A stretch of 43,284 nt of DNA from Planctomyces sp. (GTDB taxonomy: Bacteria > Planctomycetota > Planctomycetia > Planctomycetales > Planctomycetaceae), in contig JANNDA010001144.1 of the NCBI GenBank assembly GCA_031387195.1, forward strand, positions 1-43,284. Reading direction: 5' to 3'. Within the stretch, counting starts at the first letter, position 1. The number at the start of each line of letters is the position of its first letter. A model generated the notes under the pieces. It made no database searches. It was given only the letters and a program-made list of their open reading frames with translations, and was not told the DNA's origin. This document shows, in pieces, positions 23,848 through 35,800 of the stretch. Made by a program: the position numbers and the translations under genes.

Positions 23848-26800
23848 TCAGACCAGCAATTTGCTGAAATCGAAGGTGAAGGCTTCGTCGATTTCGGCGA
23901 GCGTGCTGAGGACATCGTTACCGGAGCCCCCCGCGATGGTGTCACGCTCTGCACCGCCATCGACGTTATCGTTGTCGTCTCCACCAAGGCAGACATCGCG
24001 TCCGGCACCACCGCGGAGCGTGTCGCTGCCGTCGTCTCCTAGCAACACATCGTTACCGGATTGACCATCCAGGAAATCGCTGCCATCACCACCGGAGATG
24101 ATGTCGTTGCCGGAGCCGCCGGTGATGGAGTCTGCGCCAGCTCCACCGCTGATGGTGTCGTCGCCCGTACCACCGTCGATCGTATCGCTGCCGGTGTCTC
24201 CAAAGATCTTGTCTCGGCCATCACCTCCGGTGATTAGGTCGGCACCGATTCCGCCATCGAGCCAATCGTTGCCGACACCACCTGAGATCGTGTCGAAACC
24301 ATCGCCGCTGCTGATGGAATCGTCGTCGTTACCACCATTGATGTTGTCGGCGGCAGCACCTCCGATGATCGTGTCTTTTCCGGAGCCGCCACTGATGAGG
24401 CCGCCAACGGGACTCGACCGAATGCGATCGGGGCCGGTGCCTCCAGTCAGTGTCACGGGGCCATTGAAGCCACTGGCGTCAATGAGGTTTCCGAGAGAAT
24501 TCGATGCGATCAAATTGGCGCGTTCGATGGATGAGAGCGTGTCCGAGCCGTTTCCGGTGAGCAGCGTCGGGGTCAGGACTTGGTCGAACCGCGAGGTTTG
24601 AATGACCAAGTCGATGCCGTTGCCTCCTTCGAGGAGATCACTGCCCGCACCACCCAGGAGTGTGTCGTCTCCGTCGCCTGCGTGCAGAATGACATAGCCG
24701 GGAGTAAACCGACTGGCGTCGAGTTTGTTCTTGAGGGAATTGCCGAACAGCTCCGCGTGCTCGATGCTCGCCAGTGGGTCAGTGCCGTTCCCGACGATCA
24801 GATTCGTTGCCAGGACGAAGTCGCTCAAGGTCGAGTCGATGATCCAGTCGATGCCCGTGCCGCCGTCGATGGTGTCGTTGCCGGTTCCAGCGAGCACCGT
24901 GTCGTTGCCTGATCCGGCATAGATCTTGTCGTTGCCGTTTCCGGTTTCGATCCGGTTGTTCGCTCCGTTTCCGGTGATGATGTCATGGCCGACTGTCGTG
25001 AAGACATTTTCTAAGTTCGCTGCTTGACCCGCTCCGCCGGTGATCAGTTTGCGATTTCGGTGAGTGGCTGTGGCGATGTCACTCGTCAGGTTCACGACGA
25101 CCCCGGCAGGCGGTGTCAGGCCCCTGAAATCGAGCAAGTCGATCCCTTCGTTGGCCATTTCGATGACCACATCGGTTTCAAGCACAGACGCATTGAAGAA
25201 GAGGTAGATGTCGTCCCCTTGGCCACCGACGATCGTGTCGCTTCCGGCGGCTCCGGTGAACGTGTCTTGGCCATTGCGTCCTTCAAAGCGATTGTTGGCC
25301 ACGCTGCCGAGGAACGTGTCCTGGCCCGCGCCGCCGATCGCGTTTTCGACATTCACCGCTTGGCCGGCGGCTCCGGTGATGACCGTGCGATTGAGGTGCG
25401 TGCCCAGTGCGTTGTCTTTGGTCAAATCGACCAGCACGTTGATCGTGTCGGGGAGCGCGCTGAAGTCGAGCCAGTCGGTTCCTTCGCCAGTCAGTTCAAT
25501 CACCGTGTCGATTTCTGCGATGTTGCAAGCGGCGAAGACATAGAAGTCATCTCCGAGTTCACCCAGCAACCGATCGTTCCCCTCGTCGCCGGTCAGTGTG
25601 TCATTGCCGCTGCCGCCGTTGATCGTGTCGTCGGCGAGTCCACCAAAGAGCGAATCATTTCCGAACGTCCCCGCCGGATTGCTCTGGGTCAGTGAGAAGA
25701 ACAACCCGCTGACAAACGTCATCACGGCGTTGTCCCCGACGATCCGATCGGTGTCGCCTGCGCCACGGATCGTGTCGTTGCCGAAGCCGCCGATGAGGAA
25801 GTCGAGGCTGGTTCCGCCGGTGATGTCGTCGTTGCCACCAGAGGTCGTGTCGCTGGTGGCGATATTCGTGAGCAGGCCACCGCTGAAATTGGCCGTTCCG
25901 TGATCACCGACGATCACCGCCTTCGACGTGCTTCCCGTCGCATTGATCGTGTCGCCGCCGCTGCCGCCGAAGATGACATTCTGGCCGGCGATGGACGTGA
26001 TGGTGTCGTTGCCGCCGAAGGCCACCGAGTTGGTTTGAACGTGAGTCAGCACACTGCCCGTGAAATCCGCCGAGCCGTTGTCGCCGAGGATCACGACATC
26101 CGCACTGCTCGCTGAGACGTTGATCGTGTCCGCACCGCTCCCGCCGAAGATCACTTCGCGACCGGCGGTCGATGTGATCGTGTCGTTACCGCCGTGAGCC
26201 GCGTCGCTGGTTTGAATGTGCGTCAGGACTCCGCCGATGTAATTGGCCGAGCCGTTGTCACCCAAGATCACGGCATCCGCCATGCTGGCCGACGTGGCGA
26301 TGTTGTCCGCACCGCTGCCACCGAAGATGACGTCGCGACCAAGTCCTGAGCTGATCGTGTCGTTGCCGCCGATGGTGGCTGAGACGCTGATTGCGAGGAA
26401 ATCAGTATGCACACGACCGTCGGTCTGATTCTCCGGCGTGGTCGAAATGCGATAGCGGCTGGTGGCGTCCAGCGGGATCGACCAGTTGGGCGAGACGGTC
26501 AGGCTCGTCGTCGTGTTGCCGGTGATGAGACGCGGTTCTTGAGTGAAGCCGGTGCCGTTGTTGATTGAGACATACAGGCCGACGAGTCCGATGTCGTTGC
26601 CGTCGGGAACAGGGAAGTTGGCCGCGCTGTCATTCAGCGTGCTCTGGTTGGTGAAGGGACCGGTTGCCAGCGCGGTGATCGGATCGGGAGCGAAACCGAG
26701 TCGCGTGACAATCGGTCGGTTGCCGTTGGTATCGGCGTCGCCGAAGAAATCGACTCGGCCCATGTCGCCGAAGATGACGTCGTTGCCGAGTCCGCCAGTG

Positions 26801-29800
26801 ATCGAATCGTTGCCCGCTCCACCGAAGAGGAACAGCGGCAATGTTGAGCCGCTGGCATCGACGACGTCGTTTCCGCCTCCGGCATCGAGCGCGAAGCGGC
26901 CGTCGGCGAGCTTCACGACTTGCAGAGTCATTGCACCTGTCGGCAACGAATCCCAATTGCCGAGGAGCGTCAGGACATTGTTCGTGTGCGAGACAATTCG
27001 CAACTCTTCGTCATTGTCAGCACGGAAGACCTGCCCGCGCAGATCCAGCCCGGCGAACGGCGAGCCGGTGAAGGTGATCTGCGAGCGACCGTCCACAAGA
27101 TTGCTGGCCGAGCTAAACAGCGGATGCAGCACCGCATCATCCTGCGTGATTGATTCAACAGCATTCAAGCGGATCGTCACGTTGTCGCCGGTGATGTTGG
27201 GCTGATTCGGGTCAGGCTGATCATCGCCGGTGTGCGCGAACGTCCAAGCTTGGTAGCCGTCTGAACGAGTCGGCGTGCCGAGCACCTTCAGGTTGTTGAA
27301 GCCGCGACCGAGGTTGAGATCAACGACCTCCAATTGATTGAAGGTGATCCCATACGTCTTGAACTGCCCATGTAGCACGACACCATCGACGTTGTCCGGT
27401 CCCATGTGGAACCCGGTGATCGTGTTCGCGGTCAGGACACCGGAGCTGTCGGCGGGACTGTCTTCGTCGTGAACGAAGATCGTGTCGATGCTCTGCTCTT
27501 CGTCGGCGAAGAAGTTGACGCTCTGCGTGGTGATTGCGTACTTCGTGATGTCGGAACGCAGACCTGCTCCCAAATCGAACGAGTCATTCAGCGTCAGGAC
27601 CGTCGTGCCAGCCACCGTCCCTGCAGCTTGTGCGAGGATCAGTCGGAACTGATCGAGTGCCGTGTTGTTGATCGCTTGTGTGACGGTCAACGTCTTGCCG
27701 ACGAGGGTCGCCAGCAAAACGCCGGAACCTAAGTACGTCTGCAAGTTAGCGGTCGTCACTGTCATGTGCGTCGCATCAACGAAGCCGACGACGTTGCCGG
27801 TCGAGGCGTTGATGTTCGTCTCGCCGGGAAGAACGAGCGCGCTGTTGACGTTTAACGAGCCTTCGTCTCCGCCACCGTTCACGGTCAGCGGGCCGAGGAT
27901 GCGGCTGAGCGTGTTCGGGTGCGGCGCGAAGACTTGTTTGTCACCGCCATCGACAAAGTTGTCGTCGATCGCGGTTGTTGTCACGACGACCGGTCGATCC
28001 CAGTCGCCTGCGGAGAACGTGACAGTCAGAGTGCCGTCTCCGTTGTTCGTGACGCGCGAATCGCTGCTCGACACTGTGACTTGCACCGCCTCGTGACGAA
28101 TGCCTCCCGTGCGGGTGGTGACGGTCATTTCCGGCGTCACGATCACGATCACGGGATGCGTCGGTTCGGCGGTGAGGACCACGTCGTAGGTGTCCGAACT
28201 CATGTTCTGCGTCGTGATCGTAGCGATCTGGAACGGAGTCGGGCTGATCGTACCGCTGAGCATGTAGGTTCCCGTGCGAGTGCTGTAACCCGTCGCGGCC
28301 AGGTAGTACGTCCCGGTCACAGTCGGCGTGTAGATGATGCGTGATTGCAAGCCGAAGTAGTCGTCATTGAAGGCCAGCTCGGTCGAGCCGTTGGTGCCGA
28401 TCAGCCGCAGCATCGGATCGGTGAGCGAGTTCCCGTTGAGGTCGAAGGTGTAGGTGAAGCCGACTTCCATCGAGATGCGGAACCAATCTTGATCGCCACT
28501 GCTATCGACGTTGCCGTTTGCCGAACCGGGCAGAACAAGACTCGCCCCAGTCGCGGTGCTGGCGGGAATCTCGCCAGCGACAGACGTGTTGAGCCGATAC
28601 GTCCCCGTCGTGGCGTCGATGTAGGAGCCAGCATTGAGCGTGAATGTGCCATCGGCCGTTGGCGTGTAGACCAGATGCGAACTCAGCCCCGGCCCACTGT
28701 CGTCGTCAGAGGCCACCTGAGTGAGATTGCTGTCGAACAAGCGGAGGAACGTATCCCGCAGCGTTCCTTGGCCAGAATCAGAGCCGTCCATGTCGAACGT
28801 GTAGGTGTTCCCCGCCTTAAGCGTCACCAGATAAGTGTCTCGTTCGGCGGCGACGGAAATCTCACCGCTGCGTGAACCGGGAACGGAGATGCTCGCAGGA
28901 GACGGCGGTGTCGAGATCGTAAAAGTCGTCGTGCTGTCAGGCAGGACGGTCCATTGATGGAACACGGTGACGGTGTTGTTCGTGTTGCTGATGACCGTGG
29001 CGGAGGTTGTCGGCGTCACGCCTCCCTTCGCACTTTGGATGGCTCCCGTGCCGCTGGTGAGCGTGATGGTCCGGCCCACAAGGCTGTCGGTCACGAACGT
29101 CCCGCCGGTGACATTCAGGGTCACGATCTGTGCTCCCCCTTCGACCACATCGGTTGAGCCGCCCGTTTCGCGAACAAGGACCGTCGGGGCGTCATCGTCG
29201 TTGATGCGGACGAGAACCGGATTGGTCACTGCGGCGGCGAATCCGTCGATTGTGTAGGTGTAGGAAACGGCGATCGATCCGGTCACCGCCTCAAACTTTC
29301 CTTCGGCCAGCGCATCGGGCACCGCTTGCAAGAAGACAATCTTGTTGCCGACCACGGCGAATCGGGACGGATCGCGAGCGACAAGATTGACCGTCACGGT
29401 CACCGCCGGAGTCGCGTCCGGCGTTTGTGGCAACCCAACGTAGAACGTGGGGCGTACCGGTGCGAAGTTGACCGTCGTCGGGACCGCCAGATCGGCGTTC
29501 CCTCCCGACAGACCAAAGTTGAGCAACCCGGTGTGTTCCCCTTCGCGAACAATGTCTTGAGCCGCGCTGAGCGTGACGGTCTGCGGAGCGGTTGAGCTGA
29601 AGCTGAGCGACGAGGCTGACGGCGAAAGTTGTCCGTCCGGGTTCGACAGCGCGACGGTCACGGTCCCCGATGGTGTCTTCGTCAGTTGAATCGTGAGCGT
29701 GTCTCGTTCGCCCGTTTGATTGCCGTCGCCCCCTTCGATCACCGCCGTCCCGTCGCCGCTTTCGGTGACGATGATCCCCGCTTGGTCGTTGTCGTTGATC

Positions 29801-32800
29801 TGCACCGACACGCCAGGAACGGCGAGTCCGTCGAAGAGTTCGATGCGATATACGCTCGCCGTCGAAACGGTGATGTTGCCGTTGAGCGTCAGCGTGGTCG
29901 CGGTGTTTGACAAGATGAGCCGCTGCTGTCCGCCGCCGGGTCCGCCGACAACCTGCAAGATGCGGCCACGCAGCCCTTCGCCTGCCGTCGGGAACAATGT
30001 GGTTCTCGCGGTGTCGGTGAAGGTGGTTCCGGTGCTGCTCGTCGAAGGCCGACCGACGAGCGCGTCATCAATGCGAATGAGATACGAGCTTTCTTTCGTC
30101 GGCGAATCATCAATGTTCCACGGACGATCGACCGTCACGATCGAGCCGCCGGAGATTCCGGTCACGAAGCGCTGCTGACCCGCACCCGGCCCGCCGGTGA
30201 TCGTCAGCTTGCGACCAATCAGGCTGTCGTTGAGGTTGGTCGTGTCTTGAACCAGAGTCGTCGTCGCGCCGGCGGAACCATCGACGTTGAAGCGTGCTCC
30301 CGCTCCCGTCACGGAGAAGTTGGTCGAATCGTCGGTGAGCAAGTTGCCGTCTTCGGCACTGAGTTGCAGCAATTGGATCGGCGTTGAGGCGGTCACATTC
30401 AGCGGGTCCGTGATCGTCGTTGTCGATGGAGCGAGCACGACGAGCGTGCCGTTGTCGGCGCGATCGTCGGCAGTGACTCGCGTCAGGTTGGCCGCGTTGA
30501 TCGCGAGCGCGAGGCCGGAGGCAACTTGCGCGACGGAACTCACGCCGCTGTCCGGAACCGTGTACGTGACGAGCTGCTCGCCCAACTTGATTTGATACTG
30601 CTTGCCAGGCGTGATGGGGCCGCTGACGGTGATCGTCGATTGAATCATGCGCCGCGCGGTGACGTCTTGCAGAGGACTCGACGATGAGGCCGCTTGCTGA
30701 GCGTTGTTGACCGCCGTCTTGATCGCGTCCAACGTCGCGCTGACGTCTCCGCCCGCAGACGCTGTGACCGGAATGCTGTCGATCGTCAGCGTGTAAGTTC
30801 CTGTCGGTGTGCTCGTGATTTCGAGCAACACTTGCGTCGCTTTGGAAACGCTGGTCACGTTGGTTGCGGCGGTCATCTGGCCGGAGACCGAGCGGACATC
30901 GGCGACGACGATGTGGTTGATGACGCCGAAACGAACTCCCTCATCAGAGTTGTCGTCGTAAGCGAATGTCGGCGAGTCACCGAGTTCTGGCCGCGTGAGC
31001 AAGCCCGCCGCGTCCGTGAAGACCTGGCTCGTCGCTCCGACCGTGACGGTCTGCGGAATGAACCAGTTGTCGCGAGTGAACCGCAACGCGACCGACGTGC
31101 CGTCCGCCGAATTGATTGCACCCGGAGCCGGACTGCTGACGCTAAACGCGCGAGTTCGCAATTCACGTTGCTTCTCGGTCATCAACGGGGCGAGCGCTTT
31201 GACGAGGATGTCGGTCGTCGGTTGATGAGTCAGCACGACCGTGTACTGATCGGTCTGGCCCCCCTCGGCGATGATGGTTGCCCCGTCGCTCTGACGAATG
31301 ACGACGCCGGGTTCGTCGTTGTCGGCGACGTTGGCGGAGATGCCGTAAAGCTTCTGCGCGTCGTAACGCGGATCAACGCTCTCGACCCCGTGCGTGACGA
31401 TACCGCTGTGACCGAGCAGATCGTTGCTGTCCACCGGCGGCGTGGCTCCCGACATGTTGAACGTGTCGTTGCCGAGTCCGCCGAGAATCTCCGTCGCGAA
31501 CGTGGGACTCGTGCTCTGCACGAAGAAGCGATCGTCCCCTTCGGCCCCGTCGATTTTCAGCGATTCGATGTTCGCGAAATGCACGTTGAGTCCGGCACCG
31601 AAGACGCCGTTCTCTGTAATCACGAAGTCGTCACCGAACTCGGTCCCGATCGCGATGAGCGAATCGAAGCCGTCGCCGCCGTCGATGTTGACTGGTGCGT
31701 TGACCGCGTACTGAATCAGATCGCCCCCCGCACCGCCCGAAATGTCGGTGCGCGCTCGCTTCGAGTCTTCTGATCCGACGAGCGCGAACGCTTTGATTTG
31801 GAAGTTGTCGTTCCCTTCGTCGCCGTTCAACGTGAGCACCGCGAGGTTGTGATAAACGGTAAACGTGTCGCTCCCCGCTCCGCCGTTAATCGTCATCGGC
31901 GCGCTGACGCCGTTCGACAAGAAGCCGCGCGTCGTTTCGATCGTGGCGAACTCGTCCGCAATCGCGACGTTCGCGAAGTCGTGCGTCCGTTGCGAGCGGA
32001 AGATTTGCCCGATCTGGAATGTGTCATCCCCGTCATCGCCGTTGAGCACGACTTCTGCGGACGTGTCGTCGGAGACGAACGTGTCGTTGCCGAAGCTGCC
32101 GTTAATCGCGATCCGCTCGACGCCGATGTAGTGGATGACTTCCGCGTTGAGATCGTCGTTGAGCAGCGCGACGAACGCGCTCCCACCATCGGTGCTGGCT
32201 CGCAGCAGGATCTTGTCGCTGTTGACCGTGCCGGTGACTTGGAAGATGTCGGTCCCCACTTCCGAACCGGTATCGAGCACCGTGATAACGGAACTCGATT
32301 TACCGCCGTGATAGGTGATGAGGTAAGTGTCGCTGTCTTGCTGCCCGTTGAGCGTGTCGTTTCCTTCGCCGGAAATGATGACGTCCTTGTTGAACGGAAC
32401 TTTTCCCTCGTCAGGCACTTGAGCGCCGGTCAGGCCGTTGTCGCCATAGATTTCGTCGCTCGCTCCTTCGCCGTCCAAGCGATCGTTCCCCGCGCCGCCG
32501 GAGAGATAGTCGTCGTTCTGCGCACCGAAGAGCGTGTCGGCTCCCTCGTCGCCGTAGACGTAATCGCTGCCGAGTTCCCCGAAGATCACGTCGTCACCAG
32601 CACCGCCACGAATCGTGTCGCGGCCATCGCCGCCGCTCAGCATGTCGGCTCCTTCGCCACCCAGGATGAGGTCATTGTCCGCGTTGCCGTCGATCGTGTC
32701 CGCTCCGACGCTCCCATCAATCGTGTCGGCTCCGACGCCGCCGTCGATCGAATCCATATCGTTTCCGCCAGTGATCGAGTCATCGCCGGCGAACCCGCGA

Positions 32801-35800
32801 ATCAGATTCAGGCCATCGCCGCCATTGATCGTGTCGTTCCCCGCACCACCTTCGATGAGGTCATTCGCCGTGCCGCCATCAAGCAAGCTGCCGACCCGAC
32901 CGCCGGTGAGCGTGTCGTTGCCACCCTCGCCGTAGAAATAGACCGGGGCTCCGACAGCCGTATCGCGCGTGCGACGGCTCAAGACGATCAACTTGTCATC
33001 CCCTTCACCGGCATGAATCGTGACCGGCACCGTCAGCGCGGGGCTGACGAAGAACTGATCCGCACCCGCTCCGCTGGTCCCCACGATCGAGGTCACGTCT
33101 CGGAAAAACTGACTGTTGCCAAACGCCGAGAGCCAGACTTCCCCGGCGCGATCACCCGCACCGATGTAGAAGACTTTGTTAGTCCCGCCGCCGGACAAGT
33201 CCAACGTCAGCACGCCCCCTGCAACCGTCGTGTAAAGGTTCGTCAGGTCATCGAAGTCTTGGCCGATGTACGGGATGTCGAATTCGATCGTGAAGAGGTT
33301 GAAGCGAATGTCGATGATCGTGAGTCGGAAGATCGAAATGCCAATGCTCAGTTTCACATAGACGTCCGCACGCACCTCGATCACGAAGCTGCGGTCGTAG
33401 ACCGAGTTGTCGGTGTTGAGGTCGAACTCCTGGGCGCGGATTCGATTTTCCAGGTCGCTGTTGTCGGTGTCGTGCAGGTTCCAGACTTGTCCGAAGAAGA
33501 CAATCGCCTCGACGCCGATTTCCAGTTTGATGATCGACACGTTGAAAACGATCTTCACTCCCAAGCCGATGCCTCCGACGATCTTGGCCTCGTCCGGATC
33601 GGAGTTTGATCCAACCGCCTTAATGGAACCTGGTCCATTTTTCGCGAGTCCCTCGGCATCGTTGAAGTAGAAGCCGTTCACGAGATCGGCGGGGTTGCGC
33701 GTGTGGTTGTATCGGTCTAGCCCCGTGGTATCGAACGCGACCTCGAAGTCCGCTCGCGCCTCAAAAGCGACGACAACGTAAGGTACGAAGTCGACTCCGA
33801 ATGCCGTGACCGCCTTGTAGATCGTGCCGCCCGAATCATCCAAAACCTTTTCCGCGGCCTTCTTCGGAGGGATCGGAATTTGTTGGTAGAGGTACAGGAA
33901 CAATTCCGGCGTGTGGAACTTCAGCAGGTTGGTGTCCTTCAGCACGTTGGCCGGGTTGCCGAGCTTCGCATCGCCAAAGAGCAGGTGGAATGATTGCGCG
34001 GCGTTGTGGTTGGTCGGATCGTTGAGAATCGGCAGTTCGATGGGATTGAAGCCACCGCCACCACCGAAGACGTTAATGAGCACGTTGACGCCACCGCCGA
34101 AGAAGCCTTCAAACTTGCCTCGGCCTGCGAGCATTTGCGTGGCGATGAAGTCGAGTGCCGCATCGTGAATGTGCTCGTCGGTCGCGGCGTTGCCAGCAAG
34201 TCGGCGAACCTGCGCGAAGATCGTGTCGGCGTTGATACTTTCCGACGTTGACGGCGCACCGAACGGCTTCGCATTCACGTTGATCGGTTGCAGATTGACC
34301 GGTGACGTTCGCGCGGCCGTGCCGTCGATCATGAAGTCGGTCAGAGTCGTGTTGCCAATGTCGATCCACGCCGTCCCGGCCAGCGTCGAAAGTGCTTTGA
34401 CATACTGCAACCGCTCCGGCATCCCGCCAAAGCTCTGGCTGCTCCAACCGAAGTCTGCGCGATAGAGCAATTCCCACGGAACCGGAGCCCAGGTATCGAG
34501 CAGATTGCCCGGTGCTCCGACAAGCCACGCTTTGCTGCCTGATCCAAAACCGCCGCCACGAATGAACGCGTCGATGTTCGATCCCGAATTGTTCTCACCG
34601 AGCACAATCCGGCTGATCGCTTCCGCCGCTCCGGCATAATCACCGACCTGCACTCCGCCACCGAAACTGTTCGCGCTCGTGTACGGCGAACGACCGAGAA
34701 CCAGCGAGATGATCGGGAAGGCTTCGTTGGTCAGCAGATAGACGATCGCATCCATCGGGTCCATTGCCGTTTCCAAACGAGTCAGCGCCGCCCCCATGAA
34801 GTCTTTGACGAACGAGACCAACTCGAATTGCGTGTGATCGAAGGAGATCGTCGGCTTGATCTCGGTGTGTGATGTCGTGGTGCTGTTGATAACCGAAGTG
34901 AAGCTCCAATTGCCAATCGTGAGGTCTGTGCGATAGGTCGGCAGCGCCGTTCCAGGCGGCAGATCGGTCTTCAGTTGCAGATTGATTGTCAAACTGTCGT
35001 TGGCCGTGTGTGCGGCATTGGTGCTCGTGAACCCGCCCAGGATGATCCCTCGCGCAGCGGTTTGAACTTGCGGAACCGTCGGTCGAGCCGCCGCTCCGAG
35101 CGAGCCGATCAACTCACTCAACTTCAGCTTGCCGTTCGCATCCGTGTCATTCAGTCGGAAGGCGAAGTCACCGTGCAGCCCCGTGTTCGCTCCGATCTGA
35201 GTGATCTGGTACGGCAGCGTGCCGAGCGTTCCTTTGAGGTGGCCGACTGCCGGATCAGGAGTTGGCAGCGCGACGTCGAGCTTGATCGCGAGTCCGTTGA
35301 TCGTGGACTGATCCAAGTAGACGCCGTCCGCCACGCTGATGCCGAATTTCAACGGCATCGTAAAGCCGAGCCGCACTTGCGATTGACCGTCGATCTTCAA
35401 ACCGAGTCCCGGCAGGATCAGGTCGATATCGGTCGGGATCGGAAGCAACCGTGATGCGACCGCGAGGTTCATGTCGAACAGCACATCGTTCGGCATGTTG
35501 ACGACGACGATGTCTTCCAAATTGACGAACGTGTCGCCGTTCTTGTCCTGTAACCAATTCAGCCCGCCCGGCCCGAACGCATCGAAGATTGCCTGCTTTG
35601 CTTTGTCAGGAGTCAGGATGCCGTGAACGAAATCGAAGTTGTCACCGACCTTGTCTCGAATCTGCGTGAAAAGGTCCGCCGCCTGCATGAGCTGCGTCCC
35701 GACGAACGGTAGCTCGCGCGAAAAGATCGCCGCATCGAACGCGAAGTCGAGCAATCGGAACAGCTCTTGGAAGCCGGATCGCAGACCTTGAATGTTGCCG

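Noticed and set aside
30694-33609. Long plus-strand ORFs (30694..31773, 359 aa; 31798..33609, 603 aa, plus many shorter ones) inside the giant gene
   Set aside because: They lie antisense to RTX and beta-sandwich coding sequence. Their translations are monotonous (V/D/R/A/E-rich or P/S-rich mirror images of GGxGxD repeats). The minus-strand frame is continuous for 17 kb and has recognisable domains.
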